DNA of 64,000 nt from Phoronis australis (GCA_002633005.1 NMRA01000509.1:5608-69607), one strand, 5' to 3'; counted from the stretch's first letter, positions 38,529 through 52,713 are shown. Numbers and translations are program-made. Notes: generated by a model from the letters alone, not told the origin.

Positions 38529-40334
38529 AACATGAAAAATTAATAGAGCGGCAATTAAGGAAAAAAACAGATTGGGCTGGAAATTACAAAATGTTCATAT
38601 TTTAGTGACTGACGAAATTCACCATGTGTTCTAAATTGGTAAATGTAAATTGGTGAATGTCTTTAAGTGTACACGTTGTGCCCTCAGGACGCGCATTCGG
38701 CGCCCCCTAGCGCACTCTGGACACTTCGATTTAGTCACCCAGTCACCAAGAATGGCATGCACAAAATTAGCCATGATATCAACCTGATATCACTTGTGAG
38801 TTAAACGAGGTGCCAAAGAAAATGAATTTAATTAGGCGTTGTAAACTTTCATTCAGCACGCACTATCAATATTGGGGATTTTTAAGCTATTTTTTCTGAC
38901 GCCAGTCTACTTTTTTATCAACGATTCCGGGTGCTTGGTATAAGTAAGCGCAGCATACGCTGGAAAATAGTAATGTCAAGTTGTCTCTTTAGTAGATCGA
39001 GAACACATCCGGGTATTTTTGTCCTGAATTCCAGTTAGTGAATTCATCCGGCCGGAAACAAAACGTGCCGCCGTATGAAATGCAGCAACGAAGGCGTCCG
39101 TTGATATAAGTCCCGTGTGTTGGCATTCAGGTACATTTACATGGCGGCAGCCAGATCTCTTTTCGACAATGTGTTGAAAATGGTCACTGAATAGCTACAT
39201 TCTCGGGTATAATGTTGACACTCACAGTGACGTGCTTATATCACTAGATGACGATAGTGTACTTGGTTGGCATCATTCACAGCTACTTACTGTTTACTCC
39301 TGTGAGTTTAAGCCTCGTTAAAATAAGGTGAATTTCACAGCGTTTTTAAAGATTAACGCCATGCAGTCAAATTACCGGTGTTGTGCTAATTTGAGTGAGT
39401 GACGCAAACAGTTTGTGAGTTAAAAAGTTGCACTCTGTCTTTGTGTACTTGGCCAGTCTTTCTCACCTGAATGAAAGTATGTGCCAAGATAAAATCGTAT
39501 TTACGTCCCACAGTGCTTAAGAGCTGTGTTCCGAATATACATGTACTGATATGTCGTTTCGATCAATATCAGCACGTCGCCTTTTTCTCGTCCCTTTCTT
39601 GTCAGTTGTCAATTGATATTCCGAGCAATCGCCTTTCGTTTTTATAATTCGATTGACTTGTTGAAGCCTCTCGGAAAAGTTGAACAGCCTTTTACGGCTA
39701 TAATTAGGTCAGTAATTATCACCAACTTCAAAGTGTAAGGAATTGAGTTTGGCTGGCGGCAAATCATGTCCCTGAAGACGTAATCAACGAAACGAACTCC
39801 ATTCGGATGATAGTGCAATAATATGAAACTAGAAGGGCCATATTAAATTATCACATTCCGAAAACAATCAGAAATCGCCGGAGATGTCATATCCATTGTT
39901 ACTAGATTTTTTACGAGCACATCCGTTAATGCTGCATACTCAGGAACAGGCGAATGCCTGGAATCAATAAGTTCCTCAGCAGAAACTTCGAATATCGGTT
40001 TTCATGCCATACACAGGGTTTAGTGGTGTGCCAAATCATCGCGTTCTTATCCTGTGTTTGACTTGAAGTCCTTCCGACGACCATACCAATTGTTTTGGAA
40101 AAGTACCCCCGCCTTTACCGGCAACCAATAGGCGTGGTCTGATGCAATAACGACCTGTCAGATCCCACCATTAGTCCAGAAATTACTTCTAATCTGAGCT
40201 TATTGGTTTGAGATCTGATTAAGGAAAAATGTGAGCCCGAGTATAAAGCAGTAAAGTATAAAGCAAAAATGTGTTTTGAGTGAAGGTTTGGATTTATTGT
40301 CATTTTAAGCTGAAGTATGTTTTCAAGATACCAG

Positions 40335-40450
40335 GGCCCGGGATCTAATCTTTGTACGTGAAATCGAATGCGAAAATATTTTTGGCATTTTCTGTTCTAC
40401 TTTTGTGCGAACTCAAAATAAGTGTCTATTAGTCTGTGCTCGAGTAGTTC
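40335..40450 (+). repeat. Dispersed repeat; second copy at ~57672-57775
   Basis: Shared TCTGTTCTACTTTTGTGCGAACTCAA.ATAAGTG core. Confidence 0.65.
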
Positions 40451-43400
40451 TGGTTTGTGAATCATTTCGTACTTGTTGACCCCTAGTTATTATTATTATT
40501 ATAGTTATCAACATCAAAAACATTGATTTTCTCTTGAAAAACCTTAGCACTTGGCAATTTCCGTCCAGTTTGTACCCATGGGCCTACATATATGGTCGTC
40601 CTTAACGAGGAATTACGAGACCAGTTGACCTTGGCTGGTTGTTATTATCGCAATATAGACCTTACAGAGATCGACTTGGGCAAACGACGTTTTATCATAG
40701 ATCACCAATGAGCAGGTTTTGTTTTGTAGGTCTTTGTGTGTTGTGTGAAAATAACAGAAGAATAGCGCAAAGACAATAGTTTACTTATGAATCCATCTGC
40801 GTAACCAGATAGCCAATCACTTTGAGATTCGCTCAGTGTGTTGTCCGTTGGGGATAATGTTTGAGGCATGCCGTGAATTTACAATGAAATAATTGACCGC
40901 CCAGAGTGATCTTTAGCGATTTTAGACTGAGTTAGGAACTTGGAAATTCTCGGATCAAACTGTTCCGAAGGCACTGTCAAATCTTGGGAAACAGGGGCCC
41001 CAGCACAGTCTTCGTTGGAAAACGTCAGCGTAGGCCAAGATATCTGCAAGGTGCATTGTTTTTTTTTCTTTTTCTTTTGTCCGTGGCGGAAAGATCCGAA
41101 CACTGCAACCCCTAAAGCCCCCTATGGAATCATGACGCGCGTGCGTGTTCAGCGTGGAGGCGTTAGAGATCTCCAGTGTCGAGTCATTGCTGAGCAAAAA
41201 TCTTGTTTTGTCGGACATCAGTTTGTTTGATTGCAGCTCCTAATGTAAACATTTTGCCGTTATCATTGACATGTATAGCAATTTAAGAAAGTGGCGAACA
41301 AATACCTTCTCCCTGCTGGGGCATTACACAATCAGTCCTACTAATATTTGCCCATTGCAAATATTAGTCAGTCGGAAGTTATCTCCTTGAGGAGTCGGCA
41401 AAATATGAATAGAAATACTTTCAGGTGATTTTATTCGACACGCGGTCATTGTCACGAGCTGAGAACTACTTGTTATGTATAGGGGCTTGATCTGTTGCCG
41501 CGGAGGTGTTCTTTATCTGTACGACGGCCCCTCATAATCCTCGTCATTTGTCGTCTACAGGGACTCCACGCGGGTGAACTTTTAATCCCAGTTCTTTGAG
41601 TACACTCGAGAGATTCTTGCTCTAAAAGATGATTTAAATCGTAACCTGAGCTCCGCGTTTGTGTGCTTTTGTACTCAGTAGCCGCACGTGTAAGTGTCCT
41701 CTACTTTGAATTTTCAACTAAGACAACTTGCGGCAAGGCCGGGAGGAGAAAGAGACTGAATTTGAAATACACGGAAGTGCGGACTACGCGACTAGACCGT
41801 GTTGATTGTGACCGATGATAAGCAAGTAAACAGTTTATGACGGTGCGTGATGTGTAATTTATGTTCATCTTATACCTTTTGGCTGTCAGGCAGCGACTGT
41901 TAGCGATCGATAATGCGAGTTGAGCGGCACGTTGTGAAAAATAATGCGCACGGAAATCAACGACTGAACTCGTGGCTTCGTTAACATGCGCTAAACGTAG
42001 ACGAGAGAACAAAAGCTCGTGGTTAGTTTACAAAGGGATCGTCTGTTGAGTATCGGCTTTTTAAGGAACCCAACCCTCAGTGTTCGAAGCTGACAAAACG
42101 TCATTGACAATGCATTCAGCTCATTAGCTGTTCGTGAGACAAAAGTGTCCGCGTGTGCCTTCCGATCAATATCTGTTCACTGACACTGTAAACCGCGTTC
42201 CATAAACTGCGATTGCGTCTCATAATCGGGACGCTTTCTTAAGGATAACTATTGGCACAGTTCAAAGGGATACGACTAAATCAGCTCTCTTATGTCACAC
42301 CTCAAGGGGTATTGCGTCGGAATAATGACTCACCCAGCGGGCGCTCATTAATCAGGAAACCTGTGGATTTCGATATAAATTTACAACGGGAATCATAGAC
42401 AACGCCTGCACCACTGTGTGACAACACGATCATTCAAAATGTCACTTCGTAGGCATTCGACAGAAAACCCAGCACGCAGACTCTTCCGCCGATTGTCGTT
42501 ACGGTTCTCCAGCATCGGATCGTCCATAGGTAGGGAATGCACGTACTTGTTCACAAATAACATGTTTCTGTAAACGGGGAGTCATTGGGATCAATCATCT
42601 TGTAGCGGTCTTGTTCCGGGCACTTTCGTTATATTCACAGTCTGAACGTTTAGTTTCACGTACAATATATACGAAAATAAAACCGATCTGGGTAAGTATA
42701 TGCCTTCTGTATCCTACTGATAAAATAATCTCATCTGCAAGATTTATTTTGTACAGGAACTCATCGTTGGAGTGAACTGCCAATAGATTTATACTGATCG
42801 TTGGTTCTATACTACTCGGGCAATAACTGTAATTTTGGGTGAATTGTTCAATTTCTTTTTTGCTTCCAAAATTGTTGTGCAGTTCTGGGGAAATTCAAGT
42901 AAAATGAAATTAATCTCTCGTCATCTCTTAGATCGGCACATTTCATAGGTGGGGTTGTTATGCCAATAAAAAAGCGTTTTTTCGCTGCTTTTTCAAAGCT
43001 GCTGTGACGGACTTTCAGCTAGAGTTTGTGCAGAGTCCGTAAGCATATCGAGTCCTGATAAATGTCCCCTTGGTGTTTCTTATCTTGGCATTGGATTATT
43101 GATTTACGCTGAGCTGACTTCCAGACATTGCTTGAGGTTCACCAGCAAACTCCCATATTCACTGACCGATCAATAGCATCTTGGTCCATGTCTGTTGTAC
43201 ACAGGCATACAGTGGTCATCAACCGGCCACTGGAACTATTTTTACCATCAATTGATTAACCTCGAAATGCAAACCACGCGCGGCAGCTATTCGTGTGTCT
43301 ACTGCAGTTACGATGTTCAGCCGCATTTTTTTAACTATCACCCTTATAGTTTTGGGATATCCATAGGAATACCGCCACGTGCACAACGCTTTCCAGCTGG

Positions 43401-43811
43401 CCAGCGAGCCAACGCGTGGTCGTGTCCAACATGATAGAAATGCAACTGCGATGACTTTGTACTGGTGGTGGTGATCAAATTACGGATACCGTCTATTATA
43501 GTCAATTATAATATTGTGAAAGCGTTTATATTCCCAGCGACGCAAGGGTCATTGTCGATCTGAATATTAAATATTGTTGAAACGTTTAGACAGCTTCTTC
43601 AAAGCGAAATGTGTTGTGTGAGGAATAACATTGTTCGACCGTTCTCTAATCGAACGGTTCGCCACCGCTCCGATGGTTCACTACTCTGAAGGCTCGCTAT
43701 TTCGAAAATATTCACAATTTCGATTTCAGGAGATTTTCAAATTTCTATATTAAGAAATGCACAAAGTTTTATGCTGTGGTGTACCTACCGAAAACAACGC
43801 CCTGCCCCTAA

Positions 43812-43887
43812 CAAGGGCGACGCACCATAAGGGGCTGGGTAGCTGGGGGGTAGTCCCCCAATTTATTTCATTGCTGCGCCGCCCATG
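43812..43887. mobile_element. Mini-MITE with 5-bp TSD (CATGGGCGGCGCA family)
   Basis: TIR CAAGGGCGACGCA / TGCGCCGCCCATG; flanks CCTAA/ACTAA. Confidence 0.65.
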
Positions 43888-44627
43888 ACTAATGGATACG
43901 CAAAAATGAGTGTGTGCTTGCAGTTTTAAAAGAATACGAAGTAGGTCTATAAATGAATTATGAACCACGGTACGTTCATAAAATCCATGTCCCGATCGCA
44001 CCATTTCACGACAGAAAAAAATTTATCGGCGCTGCGAATCAATCTAATGCACTCAATGCTAACCACCTGAACAGCCGGGTTGAAACTACCGTCAATCTTC
44101 TAGTATACACTGGGCTCTTATAAACGCTTCTCTCGATAGAAGCCTAATTTTTGGTACGCTGAAATTAATAAATGCCGAGTCTCTAACAGAGACCCCAGCT
44201 TGAGATCGTATAGTGTACAACTTTAGAGCGGACGATTGCAAAAGCGATTTTTGCTTGCCATCAGGTCTACCATGAGTTGGCCTGCCGCAGGACCGAAGTA
44301 ACTGACGCGGCGCCTCTAGTAAACGTCCCTCTCTAACGGATCCGCACCTAGAGCTCAGTGGAAAAATAAATACTGCCACCACAATTACATGGTTCACAGT
44401 GCACGTACGTAGTAAGCAATTCTGCCCCTTTTAGCCTTCACGAAATGAACACCCACAGAGTAGTTAGTGCGTTTGAGTCTCGTCTCAAAAACTGACACTC
44501 AGAGCAGTGAACTTTCGCAGTAGTGAACCTCAGAGTGATGGACCTTCAAAGTACCATTTGACAGGTAAACGTTGTTTTGTAAAGATTATGAATTAGGGAT
44601 TAGAACAAGCGTTTCATTGGTTGCACC

Positions 44628-44742
44628 TGATTGATTCCGCCGGTTCCGCTGTCCGATTCGCTTAATAGCCGGAAGTCGTCATCGATCACTAACGAGAGAA
44701 CATGGCCGCGGGTTGACCCGACGGAACCGGCGAATTCAATCA
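44628..44742. repeat. Short inverted-repeat element (21-bp arms), MITE-like
   Basis: TGATTGATTCCGCCGGTTCCG / CGGAACCGGCGAATTCAATCA. Confidence 0.55.
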
Positions 44743-45525
44743 ATTGTCCCCAAAGACACATATGGTTAAAAGTTTTCTCGCGTTTTGAACACGCCTGTTC
44801 ACGTCAGACAAAAGAACGGTGAATCGCTGTGATCACATTGTGAGGCGATGCAATACGTATTCACATATTGATCGTAATGGGGGCAATGTTTATTGTGTTT
44901 GTATTAGGTGTGCAGGCAAAGGAAATCATCTTTCGGTTTCAGTGTTGCTGTTACAAACCTGATCGAATATGCCTGGGAGATGTTTTTCGTGACAGGAGCT
45001 TCCAGTAATAAACATAATAAACTCTAAGGAACAAATGGTAGGCGATTGAAAAAGAAGTTAAAATAACAACGTATGGTAGTCTAGGCCTAAAAAATCAAAC
45101 GATGTCTTTAAAAATCGGAGTAAAGCAGCCCTTCTTCTTTGGTGATAGATGCTTAGGCAGTCCAGAACATGTCTCCGGTTTCTTGTCGGTTACTTTGTAG
45201 TTCGAGCTGGCTTGTTTCTGTTTCCGAGTCGTTTCGTGTATAAAGGAAATGAGATCTATAGATGTCATTTGGTTGATTAAACATTGGGAGATATTGTGTG
45301 TTGATTTAACTGAGCTGTCAAATGAAAGTCTTGCAAAAGGTTGCTTAGAAACCGGCAAAATATGATTGACAATCACCATTTGCAAAAAACAAAAAGTCAC
45401 ATAATTGACATAAAGTCTCAACTTTTTTCATTGGACAATTGAGAGGGGGTATGTAGTCACGGGACCCACCCTAGGCCGCCGACAAATAAAGTGAAACGGA
45501 AATAAATTTTGGCATTCACTTTGTC

Positions 45526-45527
<2 letters not shown>

Positions 45528-45570
<43 letters not shown>

Positions 45571-45578
45571 TGTGTGTG
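45528..45578. repeat. (GT)n microsatellite
   Basis: Seen directly; explains the spurious THTH/CVCV ORFs. Confidence 0.95.
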
Positions 45579-45941
45579 CGCGCTCGCACGCGTTTGCAAA
45601 CACCATGAAAGGCGTGTGTGCGTGCTTGAGCAGACATCACAAAATCGAAAATGCTCGGCTCTCCTCATGATATCCACATCCGCGACTGCATCTACTTTTG
45701 ACTCACGGAACTGAAACGACACTAGGCAGGTGAAGGTGCAAGCTCGTTGGCAACCCACTGAGCTGTTGATGAAAACGCCGGGATGTAATCTCTTGGTTGG
45801 ATTGTGTTTAGTCTAGTTGAGCAATAAGAGCGTGTATTGCGCTGAGCTTGACAACAACCTATGTCGACATTTTAACCTCGTTGTTTACTCCTAAAGTAAC
45901 CATACAAAAATATAGTTTCCAGGTCGTAGCGGCCGACATTG

Positions 45942-45980
45942 TTTACAGCACTGGCAGGTTTAACCTGCCAGTGCTGTAAA
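45942..45980. repeat. Perfect palindrome, 19-bp arms, 1-nt spacer
   Basis: TTTACAGCACTGGCAGGTT-T-AACCTGCCAGTGCTGTAAA. Confidence 0.9.
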
Positions 45981-48730
45981 ATAGTTATAACCGTTATAAC
46001 AATTTTGGATTCAAAATTCTAATAGCAAAATGTCTGAGCCACCTTACTAACTTCCCTGACAATTCCCCTTCATTCTCAGTCACACGAGAAGAATAGTTTG
46101 GCGAAGAAAAGTGCCCAGAATTTACGAGTAACTTGCCCCATTGTGGCATAGGAGTGCGGACTATAAGGGGCTGCGGAAGACTTCATGGAGGAGGCTAGGG
46201 TTTGCTAGTGGTCCTAATTAGCAATAAATAATTTTCCCATTCCTCTGAAAATGGATACTGTCAAGTGCACTTGTGTTCTGACATCCTAGATTTGCCTATG
46301 ATCTGCGTGTAGCGTAATGCTCACACAAGCCCGGCAGAAAACGTTTCGTTTATCCGCACGAGTCAAGTCAGTTCCTATCTTTGACCAAGGTAGACATGTA
46401 AATAAAAGAATCTCGCTACTAGTGTGTCATGCATGGCGATTATTCACGAATTCTTGAGTGTTCTTGCATTTTAGCGAGATTCTCACGTCTGCGGAAGCGG
46501 AACGCATGTCTAGTCAGTGAACAAAACGATGTACAGTAAGAACAGCCGAACTAAGATCAGTTTTAAGATCCCAGATTCAGTTTCACAACGTGTCAAATTG
46601 CGAGTGAACGGGCCTATAAGCATGACTGCAATATGAGAACTTGCCTGCACATTTACATCACTGAAGTTAGAAAGTATTTGTATACTTCATTATTGTTTAA
46701 GACTAATGTTAATTATGTAAACACATTAATTTTGTGCCCGAATAACCTGGCTGTCAATCAAATACCTGCCTGCACAAACACGAGACATAGGAAATGCTAN
46801 TTGCGGGACACTTACGTCACAGGATCCGGTAGAGATAACGTAAAGGTAATTGTTGGTACTAACATACACTTGCATTATATATTTTTACCCGGCTGCTTTA
46901 AGAAAAGCCCGAATGTGAAAAGTTTCTCTGGAAATTACTACACGGTTCGAAGTAACCATGGACTACGTGAACGAAGGAGTGGACCTTGTATTAGTATTCC
47001 GAGACTCGCACTTATGCAGTATGAGTGTCCTCGTCTGGTGTCTCTCTACGTGGTGTAGCAATTGGCTTACTAATAAATAAACACAGAGCAGGTTCCCACG
47101 ACAAAATGAAGCAGAACCACATGTTTTCGCGATTATAGCTTTGGGTACTCGCCACAGGTCAACTAAAATAGCGAAACAAAATGCATTTATTAAAGTAAGA
47201 CACTGTGGCAACCCCTGTCAAACTCTTTGACGTGTGGTGCGCTATAAAGGGGAAATGTTGTTATAATTTCGTATGTTCTCCATTCAAACGTTGGCTCGAC
47301 GATTTCTAAAAGCAGTGCAATTTATAACGTGTCGGTTTGCCTGTAAATTGGAATTGCTGGCGATAGTTTGCGTTCAAAATATGTTTGCTGCAACCCAACC
47401 GACACAGGCTGTACATTTATTTCATTCCACTACTTGCAGTAATGACAATCGGTGCAGATTGTTTTGTGTTTGGTTTCATTGGGTTCCGAAAACATGCACT
47501 TAAATCAGGCGCAATTTAATTTATACTCAGGTATCCACTGGTCAGTGACCTCTAAGTTGTTTTGTTTAGTATTACGTCTTACTGCCAACTGACACATAGA
47601 TAGGTATGTGTTATTTCTGATATACCAGTCAAAATCCACCATTACTCGCTGTATTCTCTCCATCACTGTGCAACACTGATATACGGGATACATTTACAGT
47701 GAAAGTCTGATGAAAATGTAAATTCACGCAGACTTTTTTTCTTCTCTACTCGTGTTTTGTATGCCTTCATCGTGTGATGGGCATGATTGTGTTAACATTA
47801 CCACGAGGGGACTTGCTCGATTATTGATTTTTTGAATCTTGTGAAAGCGTACATGGTCTAAGCAATGCTCCATTTACGTGGAATGAGAAAACATAAATTG
47901 ACAGTTTTGTCCACGCCTCTAATAGGGTTATCGACTAGCAATTTGTGTGACTAATGGTTGTTACTACATTATGTATACGACGTTTCCAATTTTCGCACGC
48001 TTTCATCCTTTTTAAACTGCAAACATCATTTGTTCATACGACTGGGTAAAGAGATCCCATGTTTTTTTAGCCACCTTAGTTACGCTTGTAATCTTTTCGC
48101 TCCAACTTGATAGCGTGACGTCACTAGTTCCGAAACGCCACGTTAATCCTTATGAATTAAATGCACATGGAAACTGCGTTTCCTAAAAAGCACGTTAATA
48201 AGTGTCCACGCAAATGTTCTTGAAGAACAGTTCTTCAGCGGATGCACTTAGGCGTAAGGGTGGTCAGAAACCGTGAAGGAAATGTTAAATCTGCGTTTTT
48301 AAATGAAACCTCTTCCGAACTGGATCGTGTAATGTGTGTGCATTGAACTTGGAAAAATCTGCTGAACAGGGACTAGAACAGATGGTACGCCTTTGGGCAT
48401 TTCAAACTGAACATTCCTTGACAACATGCATGGCAAGTGGACAAAGGATTATGGGTGAAAAGGTTCATATTTTCACATCCCCATTTGAAGTGGAAATATC
48501 CCTTAACATGGGCTATAGCCCCCATTTTTTTCTGTGCTACGCCGCACATGACCTATTAGCAGTGCACCACAGGGGACTGAGGGGGCTTTCGCCCTCCACT
48601 TTTTTCAGTGCTGCACCGCCCATGCTAAAGTGTAAATTCTGGTTTGTTTCAACGTTTATTCATGTGGCAGGGCCTAATCAAATTTCGGTACGGTTGGGAA
48701 ACAAGTCAAGAAATTCTTCGTTTTTTTCAG

Positions 48731-51066
48731 ATTTACCGTACACGAAACGTCCAGAGCCAGGGAAATGTCTCTTGTCAGACGCGGACAACCAATCGGAAAG
48801 GGCACCGGAAGTGACGTTACACACGAATTCGAATGTCTCGCCGCGGAATCACCGCCATCAAAAATTTCTGGTCCCAGATGTTCTACCAAAAGGCAGTGAC
48901 TGTTCGCACGGGGACGTAAACAGAAACGGTGGAGACTACGTATCAAACGATAGTCATGTCAACCGGCAACTTGAAGAAGGTAGCCACACTTTGCCGAAAC
49001 GATATTCATTCCGAAAGCCGCGACCAGCGCCCCCGCCGCCTCCAAAATCAGACGAGACGCGAAGTTCCACGCCAAAACTCAACATTGGTCCATCGGGCAC
49101 TGGTATGTTTTCATCTCCAAATTACAAGGGAAGTATCCAGTCGATTAGCGTGGTCCCTTTGGCCACGTCTACTCCGTCCAGGGAAGACGTATTTAGACCG
49201 ACGGTGACGTCCCGGCAAAGCTTAAAACAGGAACACTTCGCAACTCCGACGAAGCCTGGCAGAAGGAAAAAACGCAGTTCCAATTCGGGAATAACCGAAT
49301 CCAGTTCAAGTTCAAGCGTGCGAAGCTCTCCCCCCACCTTGCCCCGACGACCGCCGCCAAAACCTCCTCGCAGTTTTACTTACAAGCGCGCATCACGTGC
49401 CAGCGGCAGCGAAACGACATTTCTTGCGGACATGCCGACAATAGATATGAGCATTGGGTCATACTTGGAACACTCCGACCACATGGAAATTTACGAGAAT
49501 TTGTCTTTTGCGATGAGGAGCAAGCGACTTTGGCAAGTGCTGTCGATCACAAAGGACCTCCTCATCGATCGCTTAGATCCGCAAATAATAATGTGCCGGC
49601 TATCGGAACGTCGGCTGATCACGATGGATGAGGAAAACCAGGTGTACAGCCGGCTCAACAAGATGGCAATGAACCAGGCCGTTTTAGACGCCTTGCTAGG
49701 TAAAGGAGATGACGACTTCGACGAGTTTTGCGCCTGTCTACGGGAAGACGAGTGCCACCACGCCCTGGCGGATGTGTTGGACGTCGTCAATGAGATCTTC
49801 AAAATAGTTGCAGGTGCAAAGCACTACGAGGGTACGCTCAAACTGGGAGAAGGCGTTGTTCTCTTGGGGAATAACATTAACTGTGACGTGAGTTATTTCG
49901 ATCGCGTAACGGGTCGTAAACGACCTGTGACTGAACTGGACGACACTAAAAGCATGCTGAGCGTAACTTTTGAGTCAAGTCTAGATGAAATGTGCTCTTC
50001 TCCGTCATTTTCCATTGGTAGTGATCGCCTAATGCCGATCATTACCGTCGATATATTCGAACAGAAGTTGTACGGAGAACAAATATCGGCTCTGGCAGAT
50101 CTTTTGAAAAAACATGTGCTCATATCAGAGTTTTCGATAGCTAAAGGTGGTTTGGACAGTGCAACTACATCAATACTTTCCGAAGTTCTTGAATACAACG
50201 ATAGTCTTTTGAAATTAGACATTCGTTTAAACCCGACAAGCAACGACGGGGTTCATTATATTGCCAAAGCGTTGAAAAGTAACTCTACGTTAAAATCTCT
50301 CAATCTCAGTCACACAAGTTTAGTATCAGGCGCTGCTCACGAGCTCTTGGACATGCTTATTAGCAACGAGGTTCTTGAGGATTTGGACCTGAGCTTCAAC
50401 GAATTAGATGATAAGGACTGCAAGTTTCTCGCGCGTGCGATTGAAGGGAATCGTTGTCTGCACAGCCTACGCGCGCGCTGCAACGCCATCTCGGCACCGG
50501 GGTGTCGCGACATCTTTAAGGCGTTGTGTTTCAACAAACATCTGGTTATTCTGGATATCAGCAGCAATGATATCGGAGACGATGGTGCCGCAGCTCTCTC
50601 AGTTAGCTTACCAAAGGTGCAGGGCCTGAAAGAGCTTAACCTGGAGAAATGTAAAATTGGTGCTTCCGGGGCCGTTAAAATTGCCGATGGTCTTCAGCGC
50701 AATAACTGCATCGAGAATCTAGACTTCAGCATGAATTCCATTTGTGACGAGGGCGCATGCGCTTTCGCCAACATGCTATTAGTGAACTCTTCTTTGGTTT
50801 CTCTTAGCATGAATATGTGCGCCATATGTCGCCCGGGCTTTTCGAAATTGGTCGATAGCCTTGACGAGAATGAATCTCTTCGTGTGTTAAAAGTATGTTT
50901 CAACAACCTGGCGGCCAAAAACCCCGAAGTCTTTGCCGAAATGTCGCCCGCTTCTCCAAGTCAGGTGCCCATGGCGGAGCCCGATCCGCTGCTTAACCGA
51001 GTTCAGGAAATCTTGTCAAGGAGAGACATTCAAGTTCTTCTTTGGGGAAGTCGCCTTGACAACTGA
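48731..51066 (+). CDS. Terminal coding exon (~778 codons) of a Pro/Ser-rich + CARD + RI-type LRR protein (NLRC3/NOD-like LRRs, no NACHT)
   Basis: Acceptor tttttttcAG at 48729-48730 (phase 1) and open to TGA at 51066. CARD pattern at ~49513-49790 (LLIDRLDPQIIMCRLSERRLITMDEE...VLDALLGKGDDDFDEFCACLRE...LADVL). About 9-10 28-aa LRRs (LxxLDLSxNxIxDxG) at ~50060-50910. Confidence 0.9.
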
Positions 51067-52624
51067 AAACCCCACGTGAGATTGTGCCGCGAGTGGCACT
51101 TTCATCCAGAAATCGACAGTAAACTCGCAGTAAAGGGAAACCTCCGGGACACTTGGTATTGCCGTTGTCCTGGGCCATTGTTATGCAGAAGTTTGAGGCA
51201 GTATTTTCTAACTCATAGAGTGAGTGGTGCGTGTTAATTTGTCGAAAATCCTGTCACGGAGATCTGGACCATTAAGATATTATGTGTTCAACATCTTCCA
51301 AGGTGCGTTGATTACCCAGACGTCTTATACATGTCCTAACTATGAACTTGGTTTTTTGAACGGAATGCCTACTGGAACAAATATGCTCTCCAATGCTTTT
51401 TTGGTGAATCAGTGGCTGTACTTCTAGGTATCAAGTACCCAACTGGTATATTCCCAACTGGTACTGGGAAGTTTTGAAAAGACCCCCCTGTTCTTGAAGT
51501 TAGTATAAAACGGCCAATGCCTAAGGGATTTAACAATTTGGAAGATTTTAGTGCACTGTAGGAAATTGCAACTAGTTTCCAACCGCGTTAGTTGTTGAAT
51601 AGATGTTTTTAGTTTTCACTGGCATAACGTAGCTAATCACTTTGCCAAGATATATAAGATTGTAGTTTTATCTCTTGTTGTCTGCATTTACTATAGGTAA
51701 CAGCGCAGAGTGCAGGTAATGTACTGCAGTCACTGATGGCATCCAGCCGAATCGGCTGCGCTTTTGTTACATCCATCTGACGGGCCTAATCCCACTTTCG
51801 CCAGACGAAGTGGTTGCGTCTTGAACGTACGTTGGCAACTCGTGAATTTTAGGAATTCTCACGGGACCTGTTCGCTGATTCAGCGCAGCAATAAAATCGA
51901 AGAAGGCCCTATACTTATTAAAGCTGCGCTCCACCGCCTCGGGCTTGCTTCCTACTAAGCTGAGAAGGAAATCCGGCGAACACGCATCCGAGTCGTTATT
52001 AGGCTAATCGAAACCATCCTCAGGCATAAAAATTACGTGCCGTGACTTGTCAACTTGTTGCTGATTGTGTCAACATGTCTGTTCTTCCAGGAACAGAACT
52101 TTAACCACTTGGGCAAGGGTTTAGTTCAGATCAATTTCTAACTTCCGGTCTAAATCGGAAGTTGTGTTATGAAAGGCACGATTTTGGAGTGAGTTTTAAA
52201 CAAGGTCCCTCTAATACGGTCCTGTTTCTAATTGTTAAGAATTTTATTCGTTGCACTATAAACTGCGCACTCCGTTTAAATTCAGTTATTGTCATCGATG
52301 TCCAACAATGACCTTTTTACGGTGAGAGGTTTGTGAGGTGTCCGCCATCCAGGACACCTGTTGGTAGAAAATGTAGGTGTATGCTCCCTGGTTTCATTGA
52401 TTGCTTTTGTTCTGCGGCGGGCGGCAACCTTCCCACAATCCTTTGTAATTACTGCCACCAACCTACATGTACAGAGGTCATTGGTGTATATTAAAACTGT
52501 ATACCCGGTGTATTCATCATACGTTCATCATGTCACATGTGATGTGTTATTGATACTGTTGTTGTACTTGGTTTCGTTTCTTTTAATTAATACAAAACTG
52601 TTATGAAGAGTTCATCTCACCTGT

Positions 52625-52630
52625 AATAAA
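52625..52630 (+). terminator. Candidate polyadenylation signal of the CARD-LRR gene
   Basis: AATAAA after a U-rich stretch ~1.56 kb past the stop codon (another AATAAA lies at ~51890). Confidence 0.35.
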
Positions 52631-52713
52631 TTCTGAAGGCGAACAGTGAGGCATCAGAATGTGCCAGAAACCCAATGCAACGCGAGGTACATGTTGAAAA
52701 CGAGTACATGTAA

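Noticed and set aside
48334-48730. First 132 codons of the 910-aa ORF
   Set aside because: Non-ATG start, contains mini-MITE remnants (48508-48624) and ends at a strong polypyrimidine/AG acceptor; most likely intron that is open by chance.
49122-50918. Antisense and alternative-frame ORFs within the CARD-LRR exon
   Set aside because: Shadow ORFs of a real coding exon; no independent motifs.
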